Positions 9,863-19,103 of a DNA stretch of 64,000 bases are shown here, in pieces. The translations under genes were made by a program, and so were the position numbers. Position 1 is the stretch's first letter. Every line of letters starts with the position of its first letter. Under the pieces are notes generated by a model. The model was not told where the DNA came from. It ran no database searches and saw nothing but the letters and a program-made list of their open reading frames with translations. Location: contig JAZSHY010000024.1 in NCBI GenBank assembly GCA_045533505.1, positions 72,695 through 136,694 on the forward strand, written 5' to 3'. This DNA comes from Eubacteriales bacterium. Lineage in GTDB: Bacteria > Bacillota > Clostridia > Oscillospirales > CAG-272.

Positions 9863-10594
9863 TCATGAAATCGAGAAGGTCTTCGGCAGTTGCCTCTTGT
9901 GCTCGCTCCTTGCGTGATAGCGCTCAATAATCTCGCGCGATGCAGGGGCGATTTCCTTCCCCATGATATAGTCGGCCACCTCACGGTAGGTAACGCCCAT
10001 ATCCTTTTCATCTGTTTGCCCCTCGTAAAGACCTGCGGAGGGGGCTTTTTTTATAATGCTTTCGGGTGCGCCGAGATAGGCGAGGAGGGCATAAACCTCG
10101 TCGACTGTAAGGTCGGAAATCGGGTTAAAATCCGAGCCGCCGTCTCCCCACTTCGTGAAATATCCCATAAAAATTTCGCATTTGTTTCCGGTGCCCGCCA
10201 CCATTCTGTTTTCGGCGGCGGCAATCGCGTATAGCGTTGTCATGCGAAGCCGCGGCGCAATATTGGTGAGTGCCTGGGCATTCGGCTCCGTAACGCCCTC
10301 CAAGGACGAGAGAAGTGCCTCTCTCACCGATGTGAGGTCCACAGTGCGCTGGGGGATGCCGAATACTCTGCCCGCTTCCAGGGCATCACTTTTGTCCGAG
10401 CCGTAATTGGCCGAGGAGGAGCAGGGCATGATGATGCCAACCGTATTTTCACAGGCCAGCTTGCACAGTGCTCCTACAAGGGTGCAGTCCTTGCCGCCGC
10501 TGTTGCCGTATACAATACCGTCAGCATGCGCTTCGTCGAGGAGACGGCGGATAAAGGCTACGCGTTCACGGATTTCAGTTTTACAGTCTCTCAT
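9863..10594 (-). CDS. nadE: NH3-dependent NAD+ synthetase
   Basis: 243 aa with the PP-loop SGGKDCT. Overall pattern fits the short NadE family. Confidence 0.8.
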   Translation of the reverse strand: MRDCKTEIRERVAFIRRLLDEAHADGIVYGNSGGKDCTLVGALCKLACENTVGIIMPCSSSANYGSDKSDALEAGRVFGIPQRTVDLTSVREALLSSLEGVTEPNAQALTNIAPRLRMTTLYAIAAAENRMVAGTGNKCEIFMGYFTKWGDGGSDFNPISDLTVDEVYALLAYLGAPESIIKKAPSAGLYEGQTDEKDMGVTYREVADYIMGKEIAPASREIIERYHARSEHKRQLPKTFSIS

Positions 10595-10721
10595 GGGACA
10601 TCCTCTTTCTTTATGATTGTACTTTTATTATTATACACCTTTTTCCTTTTTGTTTCAAGAGATATGGCGTTTTTTCTCATTTTAGCTGACAGGAGATTTG
10701 CCCCACGCCCGTACGTTTGCG

Positions 10722-11651
10722 TCAGAAGACGGTTTCTATCCTTTTTTGCGAGGTGGGTGGGGAGTATATCCAGTGAGAAATGTGCTCACATGAGGCAGTG
10801 TCCTTGAAATAGCGCAAATTCTTCGGCATCGGCTCCTTGTGTGCGTCGATGATAATGAGCTTGATTTTCATGCGCTCGGGAAGAATGCTTTTGATATACA
10901 CCGCCGCCGTATCCCCGACCTCCACGCCCGCCTTGTATTCCGCAAGGCCGGCAAGATTGGGAAGGAGTTCTACGAAAATACCGTAGCTTTCAATGCTGCG
11001 CACGGTGCCAATCACGGTCTCTCCTGCCGAAAAAAGCGCGGCATTTTCCTCCCAGGTACCGAGCAGCTCTTTGTGAGTGACATAAATACGTCCCTCTTCG
11101 TCAATACGGCGAACTACCGTGAAGATGCGGTCTCCCACCGAAAAACGGTCCGAAGGATGGGAAATTCTGGATACGGAAATGCAATCAATGGAAAGGAGAG
11201 AAACGATTCCGCAGCCGATGTCCACAAAGGCGCCGAAGCTTTCCATATGGGTAACCTTAGAGGGGATGATATCTCCCGGGGAAAGTGCTGCTATGAAGTT
11301 GTCGAGGCATTCCTGTTGGGCAGCTCGGCGAGAGATAACCGCGGCTCTTTGCCCGTCCTCGCACCTCGTAAAGCCGACTACCTTAAAGCAAACAGGCTTT
11401 CCAACGCGTGTCAGAACGGCTATATCCTTTACGTTCTCTCCCGTCTGAACGTGCTGCACCTCCTCTCTCGGCATGATGGCAGGAATACCTCCCAGCATAA
11501 AATGCAGGGTAAGCTCGCTGTCGCAAAGCCTGGCAACAGCTTCGAGAATTTCGCCACGGTCCATGGCTTTTTCAAGGCTTTCAAGCGAAGAAAGTGCTTC
11601 ACGGTTTTCGGGGCGTGCCATGTAGGTGCCCTCGGGTGCATAACGGTTCAT
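10722..11651 (-). CDS. S1 RNA-binding domain protein
   Basis: Repeated S1-type segments (GDIIPSKVTHMESFGAFVDIG, GETVIGTVRSIESYGIFVEL). ATG 11651 follows AGAGG. The longer track ORF would run into fba. Confidence 0.6.
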   Translation of the reverse strand: MNRYAPEGTYMARPENREALSSLESLEKAMDRGEILEAVARLCDSELTLHFMLGGIPAIMPREEVQHVQTGENVKDIAVLTRVGKPVCFKVVGFTRCEDGQRAAVISRRAAQQECLDNFIAALSPGDIIPSKVTHMESFGAFVDIGCGIVSLLSIDCISVSRISHPSDRFSVGDRIFTVVRRIDEEGRIYVTHKELLGTWEENAALFSAGETVIGTVRSIESYGIFVELLPNLAGLAEYKAGVEVGDTAAVYIKSILPERMKIKLIIIDAHKEPMPKNLRYFKDTASCEHISHWIYSPPTSQKRIETVF

Positions 11652-11781
11652 AAGTGACCTCTTTCTTTTTTGTATTCTACGATACATTCTATGAAAGAGG
11701 GAAGGAAAAAAGACACAAAAAAGCCCACACATGAGGCAAACGCTGAGGCGTTCATCCCAGAGGGGCTTTTTCGGATATATA

Positions 11782-12741
11782 TTAGAGAGTGTTGGCAGAG
11801 CCAAGCACGTTCTCGATTTTATGCTTGACCATGGCTTTCACCTCGGCACGGGCAACAGAGAGATAAGTGCGAGGGTCAAAGACCTCGGGCTTTTCGTGCA
11901 TTACGCGGCGGATACCTGCGGTCATGGCAAGACGGATATCCGAGTCGATGTTGATTTTGCAAACGGCCATCTTTGCCGCTTCACGCAGCTGGGCTTCCGG
12001 AATGCCCACAGCATCGGGCATTTTGCCGCCGAGCGCGTTAATCTCGTTCACGAAATCCTGCGGTACCGAGGAGGCACCGTGCAGGACGATAGGGAAGAGG
12101 GGCAGGCGCTTTTCGATTTCGGCAAGGATGTCGAAGCGGAGCGGAGGAGGCACGAGAATACCGTCCTCATTCCTTTTGCACTGTGCGGGCGTGAATTTAT
12201 AAGCACCGTGCGAGGTGCCGATTGAAATGGCAAGCGAGTCAACCCCTGTACGGGTAACAAAATCCTCGACCTCTTCGGGGCGAGTGTAGGACGAATGCTC
12301 GGCTACCACATCATCCTCGACACCGGCAAGCACACCGAGCTCGCCCTCTACCACAACTCCGTGGGCATGGGCATATTCCACCACCTTGCGGGTGAGGGCA
12401 ACATTGTCCTCATACGCATGATGCGAGCCGTCAATCATAACCGAGGTGAAGCCGCCGTCGATGCAGGCCTTGCAAATCTCAAAACTATCACCGTGGTCGA
12501 GGTGAAGAGCAAGGTCAATTCCGGTGTCGGCCACTGCGGCTTTGGCAAGAGCCATCAGATATTCATGCTTGGCATATTTACGCGCTCCGGCGGAAACCTG
12601 CAAAATGACGGGGGATTTGACCTCCTCTGCCGCCTCGGTAATTGCCTGAATAATCTCCATGTTATTGATGTTAAAGGCACCGATGGCATAACCGCCCTCA
12701 TAGGCCTTTTTGAACATGTCCTTTGTGGTAACAAGAGCCAT
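11782..12741 (-). CDS. fba: class II fructose-1,6-bisphosphate aldolase
   Basis: 319 aa with the motifs LHLDHG, SVMIDGSH and VLHGASSVP. Confidence 0.9.
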   Translation of the reverse strand: MALVTTKDMFKKAYEGGYAIGAFNINNMEIIQAITEAAEEVKSPVILQVSAGARKYAKHEYLMALAKAAVADTGIDLALHLDHGDSFEICKACIDGGFTSVMIDGSHHAYEDNVALTRKVVEYAHAHGVVVEGELGVLAGVEDDVVAEHSSYTRPEEVEDFVTRTGVDSLAISIGTSHGAYKFTPAQCKRNEDGILVPPPLRFDILAEIEKRLPLFPIVLHGASSVPQDFVNEINALGGKMPDAVGIPEAQLREAAKMAVCKINIDSDIRLAMTAGIRRVMHEKPEVFDPRTYLSVARAEVKAMVKHKIENVLGSANTL

Positions 12742-12839
12742 TTTCTTTCTCCTTTTGTTTTGTTTTTGTATTCAACAGGAATACTATATCATATTTTTAA
12801 AACAAAATCAAGAGGTTCGAAAGATATGTGGCCTAAAGA

Positions 12840-13250
12840 TTAAAAAGCTTCCACCTCGGCGGTGCTTGAAAAGGCAATCGGTTCTTTTGATGTAGTTGTG
12901 GCGGTGGGCGAAAGACCGAAGCTTACCGAGATGGCGGCATTGACTCTCGCCATGGCATCCTCATCCAGATGCCCCATCTTCTCGCGCAAACGGCGTTTGT
13001 CAAGCGTACGCACCTGTTCCAGCAAAATGACAGAATCTCTCGCGAGGCCCGCACGGGTAGCATATACCTCAATATGGGTGGGGAGCTTGTTCTTTCCCAT
13101 GCGGCTTGTAATGGCTGCGGCAATTACCGTTGGGCTGTACCGGTTGCCGACGTCATTCTGTATAATTAAAACCGGGCGCAATCCTCCCTGCTCGCTACCG
13201 ACAACGGGAGAAAGGTCGGCATAATAGATGTCGCCGCGCTTTATATTCAT
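12840..13250 (-). CDS. mazF: MazF/EndoA (PemK-family) endoribonuclease toxin with a ~20-aa C-terminal extension
   Basis: The N-terminal ~115 aa are nearly collinear with B. subtilis EndoA as I recall it ([32 protein letters not shown]). RBS is GAAAGGA. Confidence 0.85.
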   Translation of the reverse strand: MNIKRGDIYYADLSPVVGSEQGGLRPVLIIQNDVGNRYSPTVIAAAITSRMGKNKLPTHIEVYATRAGLARDSVILLEQVRTLDKRRLREKMGHLDEDAMARVNAAISVSFGLSPTATTTSKEPIAFSSTAEVEAF

Positions 13251-13365
13251 AGCACTTGATTTCCTTTCAGCTACTTTGCTATTATTTTGTCACGAGGCGC
13301 GGCTTTTTAATCATGCTGCCGCAACTTCCTCGCTATCAGTGTATGTATGAACGGAAAACCCGTAC

Positions 13366-13408
13366 CGAAAAAAGAGACCGCGCCACGCACGCGCAGTGTC
13401 GCGGTCTC
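13366..13408 (-). terminator. rho-independent terminator after the DUF378 gene
   Basis: Stem GAGACCGCG / CGCGGTCTC, followed on the minus strand by TTTTTT. Confidence 0.7.
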
Positions 13409-13420
13409 CCCCCGTTAGAA

Positions 13421-13642
13421 TCAGTCGTTATGAGAGGTAATTTCGGTTTCTTCTCCGGTACGGAAAAGCAGCGAGACACACCAAAGTGCGGCAAGGGCCA
13501 CCACCGTATAGATAATGCGGGCAACAAACGAGGTTTGTCCGCCGCAAATCCAAGCCACAACGTCAAACTGAAAAAGACCAATGCTTCCCCAGTTCAATCC
13601 GCCAATGATGGCGAGGACAAGTGCGAGTCTGTCCACAAACAT
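13421..13642 (-). CDS. DUF378-family small membrane protein
   Basis: 73 aa with two hydrophobic helices and the GGLNWG motif typical of DUF378. ATG 13642 follows GGAGA. Confidence 0.6.
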   Translation of the reverse strand: MFVDRLALVLAIIGGLNWGSIGLFQFDVVAWICGGQTSFVARIIYTVVALAALWCVSLLFRTGEETEITSHND

Positions 13643-13762
13643 AGTATTTCTCCTTTCCAAGCAGATGACTCCGAACCCAACATGGATTCTCCGATACCTA
13701 TTTTTTGTCATGTCGCATGCTTTTATACTCAAAAGAGAAAAGGAAGGCTTGGCCTATGGCTT

Positions 13763-13799
13763 TAAAAAGGAAAAGCGGGAATCCGTTTCGTTCCCGCTT
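13763..13799 (-). terminator. rho-independent terminator after sigK
   Basis: Stem GCGGGAA / TTCCCGC, followed by a T-rich run on the minus strand. Confidence 0.6.
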
Positions 13800-13804
13800 G
13801 GTCT

Positions 13805-14506
13805 TTATAAATCCTCAAAGGAGGGAATAAAATTGCCAAAATGCTCTTTTAATTTTTCGAGAGCCCGCTTTTCGATGCGGCTGACGTACGAGCGAGAGAT
13901 TCCCTCCGCCTTTGCTACCTCGCGCTGGGTAAGGGCGGGCGATTTCCCAAGGCCGTAACGGAGAATGATAACCCGTCGCTCTCTTTCGTCAAGCACCTCG
14001 TTAATCAACTGATAGGCACGTGATGCGTGGATTTTCAAATCAAGGTTTTGTGTAATGCTTTCATCTGTACTGATAACATCAATGTAGGTAAGAGGGTTTC
14101 CGTCCCGATCCACGTCGATGGTGTCGTGAATGGATACCTCACAGGATAATTTTTTTTGAGAACGGAAGAACATAAGAATTTCATTTTGCACACATTTCGC
14201 GGCATAGGTAGCAAAGCGCGCCCCGTTTTCGATATTAAAAGAATCAATCGCTTTAATCAGTCCAAGACTTCCTATGGAAACCAGCTCATCGGGATTCGGG
14301 TAGGAGGTATAGTACTTGCGCACCACATGCGCGACAAGGCGCAAATTGTGCTCTATCAGCCTTTGGCGTGCGATGGTATCCCCCTCCTTCATAGCACGCA
14401 GGTATTTCGCCTCCTCGCGCGCGCTGAGCGGTGGGGGGAAGCTTTGGGGATTTCCAATGCCAAGTAAGATATAAATGAGATGAAAGGCCGAAGGTGAAAA
14501 AGCCAT
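13805..14506 (-). CDS. sigK: sporulation sigma factor SigK (pro-sigma-K, uninterrupted)
   Basis: IEHNLRLVAHVVRKY and ISRSYVSRIEKRAL match SigK rather than SigE as I recall them. A hydrophobic N-terminal pro-sequence ends near FPPPLS. A CATATACT (-10-like, CATA---T) lies about 50 nt upstream. Confidence 0.75.
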   Translation of the reverse strand: MAFSPSAFHLIYILLGIGNPQSFPPPLSAREEAKYLRAMKEGDTIARQRLIEHNLRLVAHVVRKYYTSYPNPDELVSIGSLGLIKAIDSFNIENGARFATYAAKCVQNEILMFFRSQKKLSCEVSIHDTIDVDRDGNPLTYIDVISTDESITQNLDLKIHASRAYQLINEVLDERERRVIILRYGLGKSPALTQREVAKAEGISRSYVSRIEKRALEKLKEHFGNFIPSFEDL

Positions 14507-14591
14507 AAAAAAAGCCCCCCTTGATAGGTTTCTGACTGCCGGTTAAGCAGCTTTTACCAGTATATGCGAGGGCGGGCTTGTTTCTTGACGG

Positions 14592-15275
14592 TTATAGGGG
14601 GCGGTTGGGAATCAAAAGGCAGTATCCCTGTTTGTTTATACGTGAGATTAAGGGCCTTCCGATTTTAGCCTTTGCGCGGCAATTAAGATTGTAAATGCGC
14701 GAGGCGATATTTCTCGTGGTGCGCTTAGAAAGCATAGGATTGCAGGTGTTCGCGGCGAGCTCGGTTGCCGTCACGGGGCGCGGAGCCGCTTCCAGAAGAT
14801 ATCGGATAACAGAAAATTCCGCCAGACTGAAGGACAGGATTTCTCCATAATAAAAGAGGTGCGAGGAATAGAGTGGGAGGGCGATGCCCTCGTATTCCAG
14901 ATGCAGATAGTCGCGCCCCTCGTAAAGGCGTACCAGTTCATAAATGATTTCAAGGATGCGCGATGTTTTTAGCGGGCGAAGCGGAATGTTGTCGGTAACG
15001 GCATAAAGAGCATCAAGGTCGATATCGGCGCACTGCTTTGGAACGGCGGCGATAAGCGGTATTTTCGGATGTAAGAGCTTGAAGGCACGGCAAAAGCCTA
15101 TGGGGTCGGGTAGGGCCTCGGCATTGGGGATGTAAACTGCCCTCACAGGATAGGTAGCTAAGGCTGTTTCCGCCTCTTCGGTAGTTGCCCCACAGGTATT
15201 GAGCGCGTATTTTCTATAAAGGTTGTGACGCACCTTCATCAGGGCATCGGGATTGTTTTCAACAATAAGCAGCAT
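14592..15275 (-). CDS. OmpR/PhoB-type winged-helix regulator with a degenerate (pseudo-)receiver domain
   Basis: C-terminal trans_reg_C pattern (LSFSLAEFSVIRYLL...RNIASRIYNLNCRAK...GYCLL). The N-terminal REC-like fold has ENN in place of the acidic DD pair and no Asp at the phospho-acceptor strand (AVYIPN). ATG 15275 follows GAAGGTG. Confidence 0.6.
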   Translation of the reverse strand: MLLIVENNPDALMKVRHNLYRKYALNTCGATTEEAETALATYPVRAVYIPNAEALPDPIGFCRAFKLLHPKIPLIAAVPKQCADIDLDALYAVTDNIPLRPLKTSRILEIIYELVRLYEGRDYLHLEYEGIALPLYSSHLFYYGEILSFSLAEFSVIRYLLEAAPRPVTATELAANTCNPMLSKRTTRNIASRIYNLNCRAKAKIGRPLISRINKQGYCLLIPNRPL

Positions 15276-15387
15276 AAAACACCTTCGAGCATTTTTTCTC
15301 ATTTTACCACATACAGTAAGAAATTGCAATTGACATTTTCTAAAAAAAATGCTACACTGTGGTATCACGGGAAGAAAGGTAAGAGAT

Positions 15388-16104
15388 ATGAAAACAGTAC
15401 TTGTGAACGGAGGCTCACGCGGAATCGGCGCCGCCATTGTTCGCCTTTTTTCTCAGCGCGGCTATCGCGTTGCTTTTACTTACAAAAATGCGATAGAGGA
15501 GGCTGTCGCGCTTGCAGCCGTCACAGGAGCCCTTCCTCTTTGCGCCGACTCTTCGCAGGAGGCCGAGGTTGTTGCCGCGGTGCAAAAGGTGCGCGATGCG
15601 CTTGGGAATGTGGATATTCTTGTGAATTCCGCGGCTATTTCCTCTTTTTCGCTCTTTACCGAGCTTACCGCCGAAGAATGGCTTACCATGTTTGCCGTCA
15701 ATGTTCACGGTCCCTTCTATTATTGCCGAGCGGTGTTGCCGTCGATGATTGCAAAGAAGCAGGGGAGAATTATCAATATATCCTCTATGTGGGGAACTAC
15801 AGGTGCTTCCTGCGAGGTTCACTATTCGGCAACAAAGGCCGCCCTTGACGGTATGACGCGCGCCTTGGCCCGCGAGGTTGGTCCCTCCGGCATCACGGTG
15901 AACGCCATAGCCCCCGGGGTAATCCGTACTGAGATGAACCGTGCGCTCGACGAGGCTGCCGTGCGCGATTTGTGTGAAGCGACGCCGCTTTGCCGCCTTG
16001 GGACGCCGGAGGAGGTAGCGGAGGCCGTTCTTTTCCTTGCGGGAGATGGTGCCGCTTTCATTACTGGACAGGTTATAGGTGTTAACGGTGGATTTGTAAT
16101 ATAA
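15388..16104 (+). CDS. SDR-family oxidoreductase (FabG-like)
   Basis: GGSRGIGAA cofactor loop, NSAA, and the catalytic YSATK. ATG 15388 follows GAAAGG. Confidence 0.8.
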   Translation: MKTVLVNGGSRGIGAAIVRLFSQRGYRVAFTYKNAIEEAVALAAVTGALPLCADSSQEAEVVAAVQKVRDALGNVDILVNSAAISSFSLFTELTAEEWLTMFAVNVHGPFYYCRAVLPSMIAKKQGRIINISSMWGTTGASCEVHYSATKAALDGMTRALAREVGPSGITVNAIAPGVIRTEMNRALDEAAVRDLCEATPLCRLGTPEEVAEAVLFLAGDGAAFITGQVIGVNGGFVI

Positions 16105-16147
16105 AAGAATCCTTCCTTGAAAAATTGCAGTTTTTTTGATTTGCCTA

Positions 16148-16176
16148 TTGCATAAAGGCTGTCTATTTGTTATAAT
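16148..16176 (+). promoter_or_regulatory. sigma-A promoter of the SRP RNA gene
   Basis: TTGCAT, 17-nt spacer, TATAAT, about 20 nt upstream of the RNA 5' stem. Confidence 0.6.
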
Positions 16177-16196
16177 TATATAAAATAAAAGAGATT

Positions 16197-16497
16197 CCAA
16201 AGCTCGAATAGGACCATACTGGCCGGGGCGGTAGCGGTGCCTTGTACCTGAAATCCGCTGTAGCAGGGGTGATTTCCGTTTTTGAGGGCCCTTTCTGTGC
16301 AGTCTGCGTCACATGCGGCTTGCGTCGAAGGATGGGTCTTGCGCAATTGAGAGCTGTGAACCATGTCAGGTGGGTGACCAAGCAGCATTAAGCAGTTTCC
16401 TTGATGTGCCGCGAGGGTGCCTGTCCGGAGTGGGCGATGTGGCTTCCGTGTGTAGGAAGGGTTCGATTTGCGGTGTATGGTTCTATTCGGGCTTTGG
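16197..16497 (+). ncRNA. ffs: signal recognition particle RNA (long Bacillus-type scRNA/4.5S homolog)
   Basis: GGGGCGGTAGCGGTGCCTTGTACCTGAAATCCGCTGTAGCAGGGG and GTGAACCATGTCAGGT...AAGCAGCATTAAG match the B. subtilis scRNA Alu and domain IV motifs as I recall them. The 5' CCAAAGCTCGAATAGGACCATAC pairs with the 3' GTATGGTTCTATTCGGGCTTTGG. Position upstream of dnaX is conserved. Exact ends are approximate. Confidence 0.85.
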
Positions 16498-16564
16498 AAT
16501 TTTGCGCGGGTTAGTCGTGCCGACGGCTGTGGCCCGCTTTTTTTGAAGGGAGAATGCGTATCAG

Positions 16565-18139
16565 ATGTATCGCGCGCTATACCGCAAATGGCGGCCTGTG
16601 GATTTTGATGATGTATGGGGGCAGGATCAGGTTACCGATATATTGAAGTATGAGGTTGCCTCGGGTAAGTTTTCCCATGCCTATCTTTTTTGCGGCAGTC
16701 GTGGAACGGGGAAGACAAGCACGGCCAAAATCCTTGCGAAGGCCGTGAACTGCCTCTCGCCCCAAAATGGGAATCCGTGTAATGCGTGTGCTGCTTGCCG
16801 TGCGATTGATGCGGGAACTGCTACCGATGTGATGGAGATGGATGCGGCCAGTAATACAAGTGTGGATGATGTTCGTAGCATACGGGATGAAATTTTGTTC
16901 GCCCCTGCTGAGCTTACCTACCGCGTGTATATTATTGACGAGGTCCATATGATATCGGGGAATGCCTTCAATGCGCTCCTGAAAACCCTGGAGGAGCCCC
17001 CCTCTCATGTGATTTTTATTCTGGCAACCACCGAGCTGCACAAGCTCCCTGCCACCATTGTTTCGAGGTGCCAGCGCTTTGATTTTCGGCGTATTTCCAA
17101 TGAGGTTCTTTCACGTCGCCTCCTTTACATCGCAGAAAAAGAGTCTATTGCCCTGACCGAGGGCGGGGCCCGTATTCTCGCCCGCTTGGCTGTGGGCGGA
17201 ATGCGGGATGCCATCAGCCTTTTTGAACTTTGTGCCGGCATGAAGGAGACGATTGACGAAAAGCTTGTTTCCTCGGTGTGCGGCGTGGGAGATCGTATGG
17301 CGGGCTACCGTCTTGTCGAGGCGATTGCCGCGCGCGACTATTCGGCCATTTACGGCACCGTGCGCGACATTGTGATGTCCTCGCGGGATTTGACCGTGTT
17401 TTGGCGAGAGCTCATGGAATGCTATCGGGATATGATGGTGATGAAAACGACGCAAAACGCCGCCGAATACTTAGACCTTACAGATTCCGAAGCGGAATAT
17501 CTGCGCCCGCTTGCTGCCCGTTTTTCCATGGAGCAGCTTATTTACCATTCGCGGATACTTGAGGAGTCCATGGCGAGAATGCAGAGGCCGGGGGCATCGC
17601 GCCGTGCCACGGCGGAGCTTGCCCTCACAAGAATTTGCGACCCCAAGCTTGCCACGGGTGAGGAGGCTCTGCTCGCGCGGATTGCCGAGCTTGAGGCTAA
17701 ATTTTTGCATGCCCGTTCGGAGGGGAGAACCCCCCCGATGTCGAGCGAAGAGAAGACGGTAGATGCCACTGTCGCAAGGACAAGCGATGAGGTGTCCCAT
17801 GAGGCATCGGCAACCGCAAAAGAAACGGCGACAGCCTATCGTGCCTTTGCGGGATGGGGCGAGGTTTTGGAGGATATGACGCGGAAGGATCCACCGTCAG
17901 CAGGCTTTTTGCAGGGCTCGCGTGCTGCTGTTTCGGCAGACGGAAGGCTTGTGGTAAGCGTAAGCACTCCCTTTGCTGTCTCGATTCTGAACCGTGATGA
18001 AGCCCGTGAAAGACTTCGCCTGACGGCTGAGGAGATAGGGGAGATACCGATTGCCTCGGTGGAAATCAAGCATATTTCCTCGCACAATGAAACTACCATT
18101 CTCGGGGAGCTGGAACGCGCCCTTGCAGAATGTCAATAA
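16565..18139 (+). CDS. dnaX: DNA polymerase III subunit gamma/tau
   Basis: Walker A GSRGTGKTS, DEVHM, and the sensor motif SRCQRF. 524 aa. Confidence 0.9.
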   Translation: MYRALYRKWRPVDFDDVWGQDQVTDILKYEVASGKFSHAYLFCGSRGTGKTSTAKILAKAVNCLSPQNGNPCNACAACRAIDAGTATDVMEMDAASNTSVDDVRSIRDEILFAPAELTYRVYIIDEVHMISGNAFNALLKTLEEPPSHVIFILATTELHKLPATIVSRCQRFDFRRISNEVLSRRLLYIAEKESIALTEGGARILARLAVGGMRDAISLFELCAGMKETIDEKLVSSVCGVGDRMAGYRLVEAIAARDYSAIYGTVRDIVMSSRDLTVFWRELMECYRDMMVMKTTQNAAEYLDLTDSEAEYLRPLAARFSMEQLIYHSRILEESMARMQRPGASRRATAELALTRICDPKLATGEEALLARIAELEAKFLHARSEGRTPPMSSEEKTVDATVARTSDEVSHEASATAKETATAYRAFAGWGEVLEDMTRKDPPSAGFLQGSRAAVSADGRLVVSVSTPFAVSILNRDEARERLRLTAEEIGEIPIASVEIKHISSHNETTILGELERALAECQ

Positions 18140-18151
18140 AGGAGAAAAACT

Positions 18152-18499
18152 ATGAAAGTAAGACTTCCGCAGGGGGGCGGCATGGCCGACCTTATGAAGC
18201 AGGCCCAAAAAATGCAGGCCGACATGCAGGCAAAGCAGGCAGAGCTGGAGGAAGCGGAATATACCGTAACTGCCGGCGGTGGTGCAGTAACCGTTCGTAT
18301 CAACGGGAAAAAGGAAATTCTTTCGCTTGATATTGCGCCTGAAATTGTGGACCCGGATGACACCGAAACACTCACCGATATTTTAATTGCAGGTATCAAT
18401 CAGGCCATTCGCACCGTAGAGCAGACCTCCGCTGAGGAAATGGAAAAGATTACGGGCCAGATGGGGCTTCCCGGCGGTGCGGGCTTCCCGGGCTTCTGA
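18152..18499 (+). CDS. YbaB/EbfC nucleoid-associated protein
   Basis: 115 aa in the conserved dnaX-ybaB-recR position. N-terminus has the MQ-rich helix; a GLPGG tail follows. Confidence 0.85.
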   Translation: MKVRLPQGGGMADLMKQAQKMQADMQAKQAELEEAEYTVTAGGGAVTVRINGKKEILSLDIAPEIVDPDDTETLTDILIAGINQAIRTVEQTSAEEMEKITGQMGLPGGAGFPGF

Positions 18500-18500
18500 T

Positions 18501-19103
18501 ATGCAGGAGTTTGTTGAGCCGCTCCAGCGGTTGATTGACCATTTTCGCCGCTTGCCCGGCATAGGAGGCAAAACGGCAATTCGCTTGGCGTTTTCTGTGC
18601 TTTCCGCCTCCGAGGAGGAGGCCGAGTCCTTTGCCGAGGCGATTTGTGATGCAAAAAAGAGCATAAAGAGCTGCAGCATATGCGGTAATTTCTGCACAGG
18701 GGATATTTGCTCGATTTGTGGCGATTCCGAGCGTGACACCTCGGTTATTTGTGTTGTGGAGAATGCGCGTGACGTGCTTGCTTTTGAAAGAGTGCGCGAG
18801 TTCCGCGGTCTTTACCACGTTCTCGGTGGCGCACTCTCTCCCGTTAACGGAATTACGCCGGAGGCCTTACACCTTGACCGGTTGCTGAGCAGGGTGCAAG
18901 ACGGTACGGTGAGCGAAGTTATTGTGGCTACCGATCCCGATGTAGAGGGCGAGGCAACCGCCATGTATATTGCCCGCATTCTTTCCGATACCGGTGTTAA
19001 GATTTCGCGCCTCGCTTACGGCGTGCCCGTTGGTGGAAATCTTGAATATACCGATGAGGTTACGCTTAATCGCGCGCTTCTCGGTAGGCGCGACCTTTCC
19101 TGA
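18501..19103 (+). CDS. recR: recombination protein RecR
   Basis: HhH (LPGIGGKTA), Cys4 finger CSICGNFCTGDICSIC, and a Toprim segment. ATG 18501 is chosen because it gives the canonical N-terminus. Confidence 0.9.
   Translation: MQEFVEPLQRLIDHFRRLPGIGGKTAIRLAFSVLSASEEEAESFAEAICDAKKSIKSCSICGNFCTGDICSICGDSERDTSVICVVENARDVLAFERVREFRGLYHVLGGALSPVNGITPEALHLDRLLSRVQDGTVSEVIVATDPDVEGEATAMYIARILSDTGVKISRLAYGVPVGGNLEYTDEVTLNRALLGRRDLS

Noticed and set aside
13282-13314. A 10-codon ORF ([10 protein letters not shown]) with a GAGGAAG RBS upstream of mazF, considered as a possible mini-antitoxin.
   Set aside because: It is far shorter than any known MazE-type antitoxin and has no recognisable fold. It is mentioned only as context in the orphan-MazF finding.
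16163-16546. Track ORFs 16163-16381 (-), 16176-16388 (-) and 16313-16546 (+).
   Set aside because: They overlap the SRP RNA, whose conserved motifs and terminal pairing explain the region.
16565-18139. I looked for a programmed -1 frameshift site (A AAA AAG type) in dnaX, as in E. coli tau/gamma.
   Set aside because: No slippery heptamer with a downstream hairpin was seen. A single full-length product is the simplest reading.
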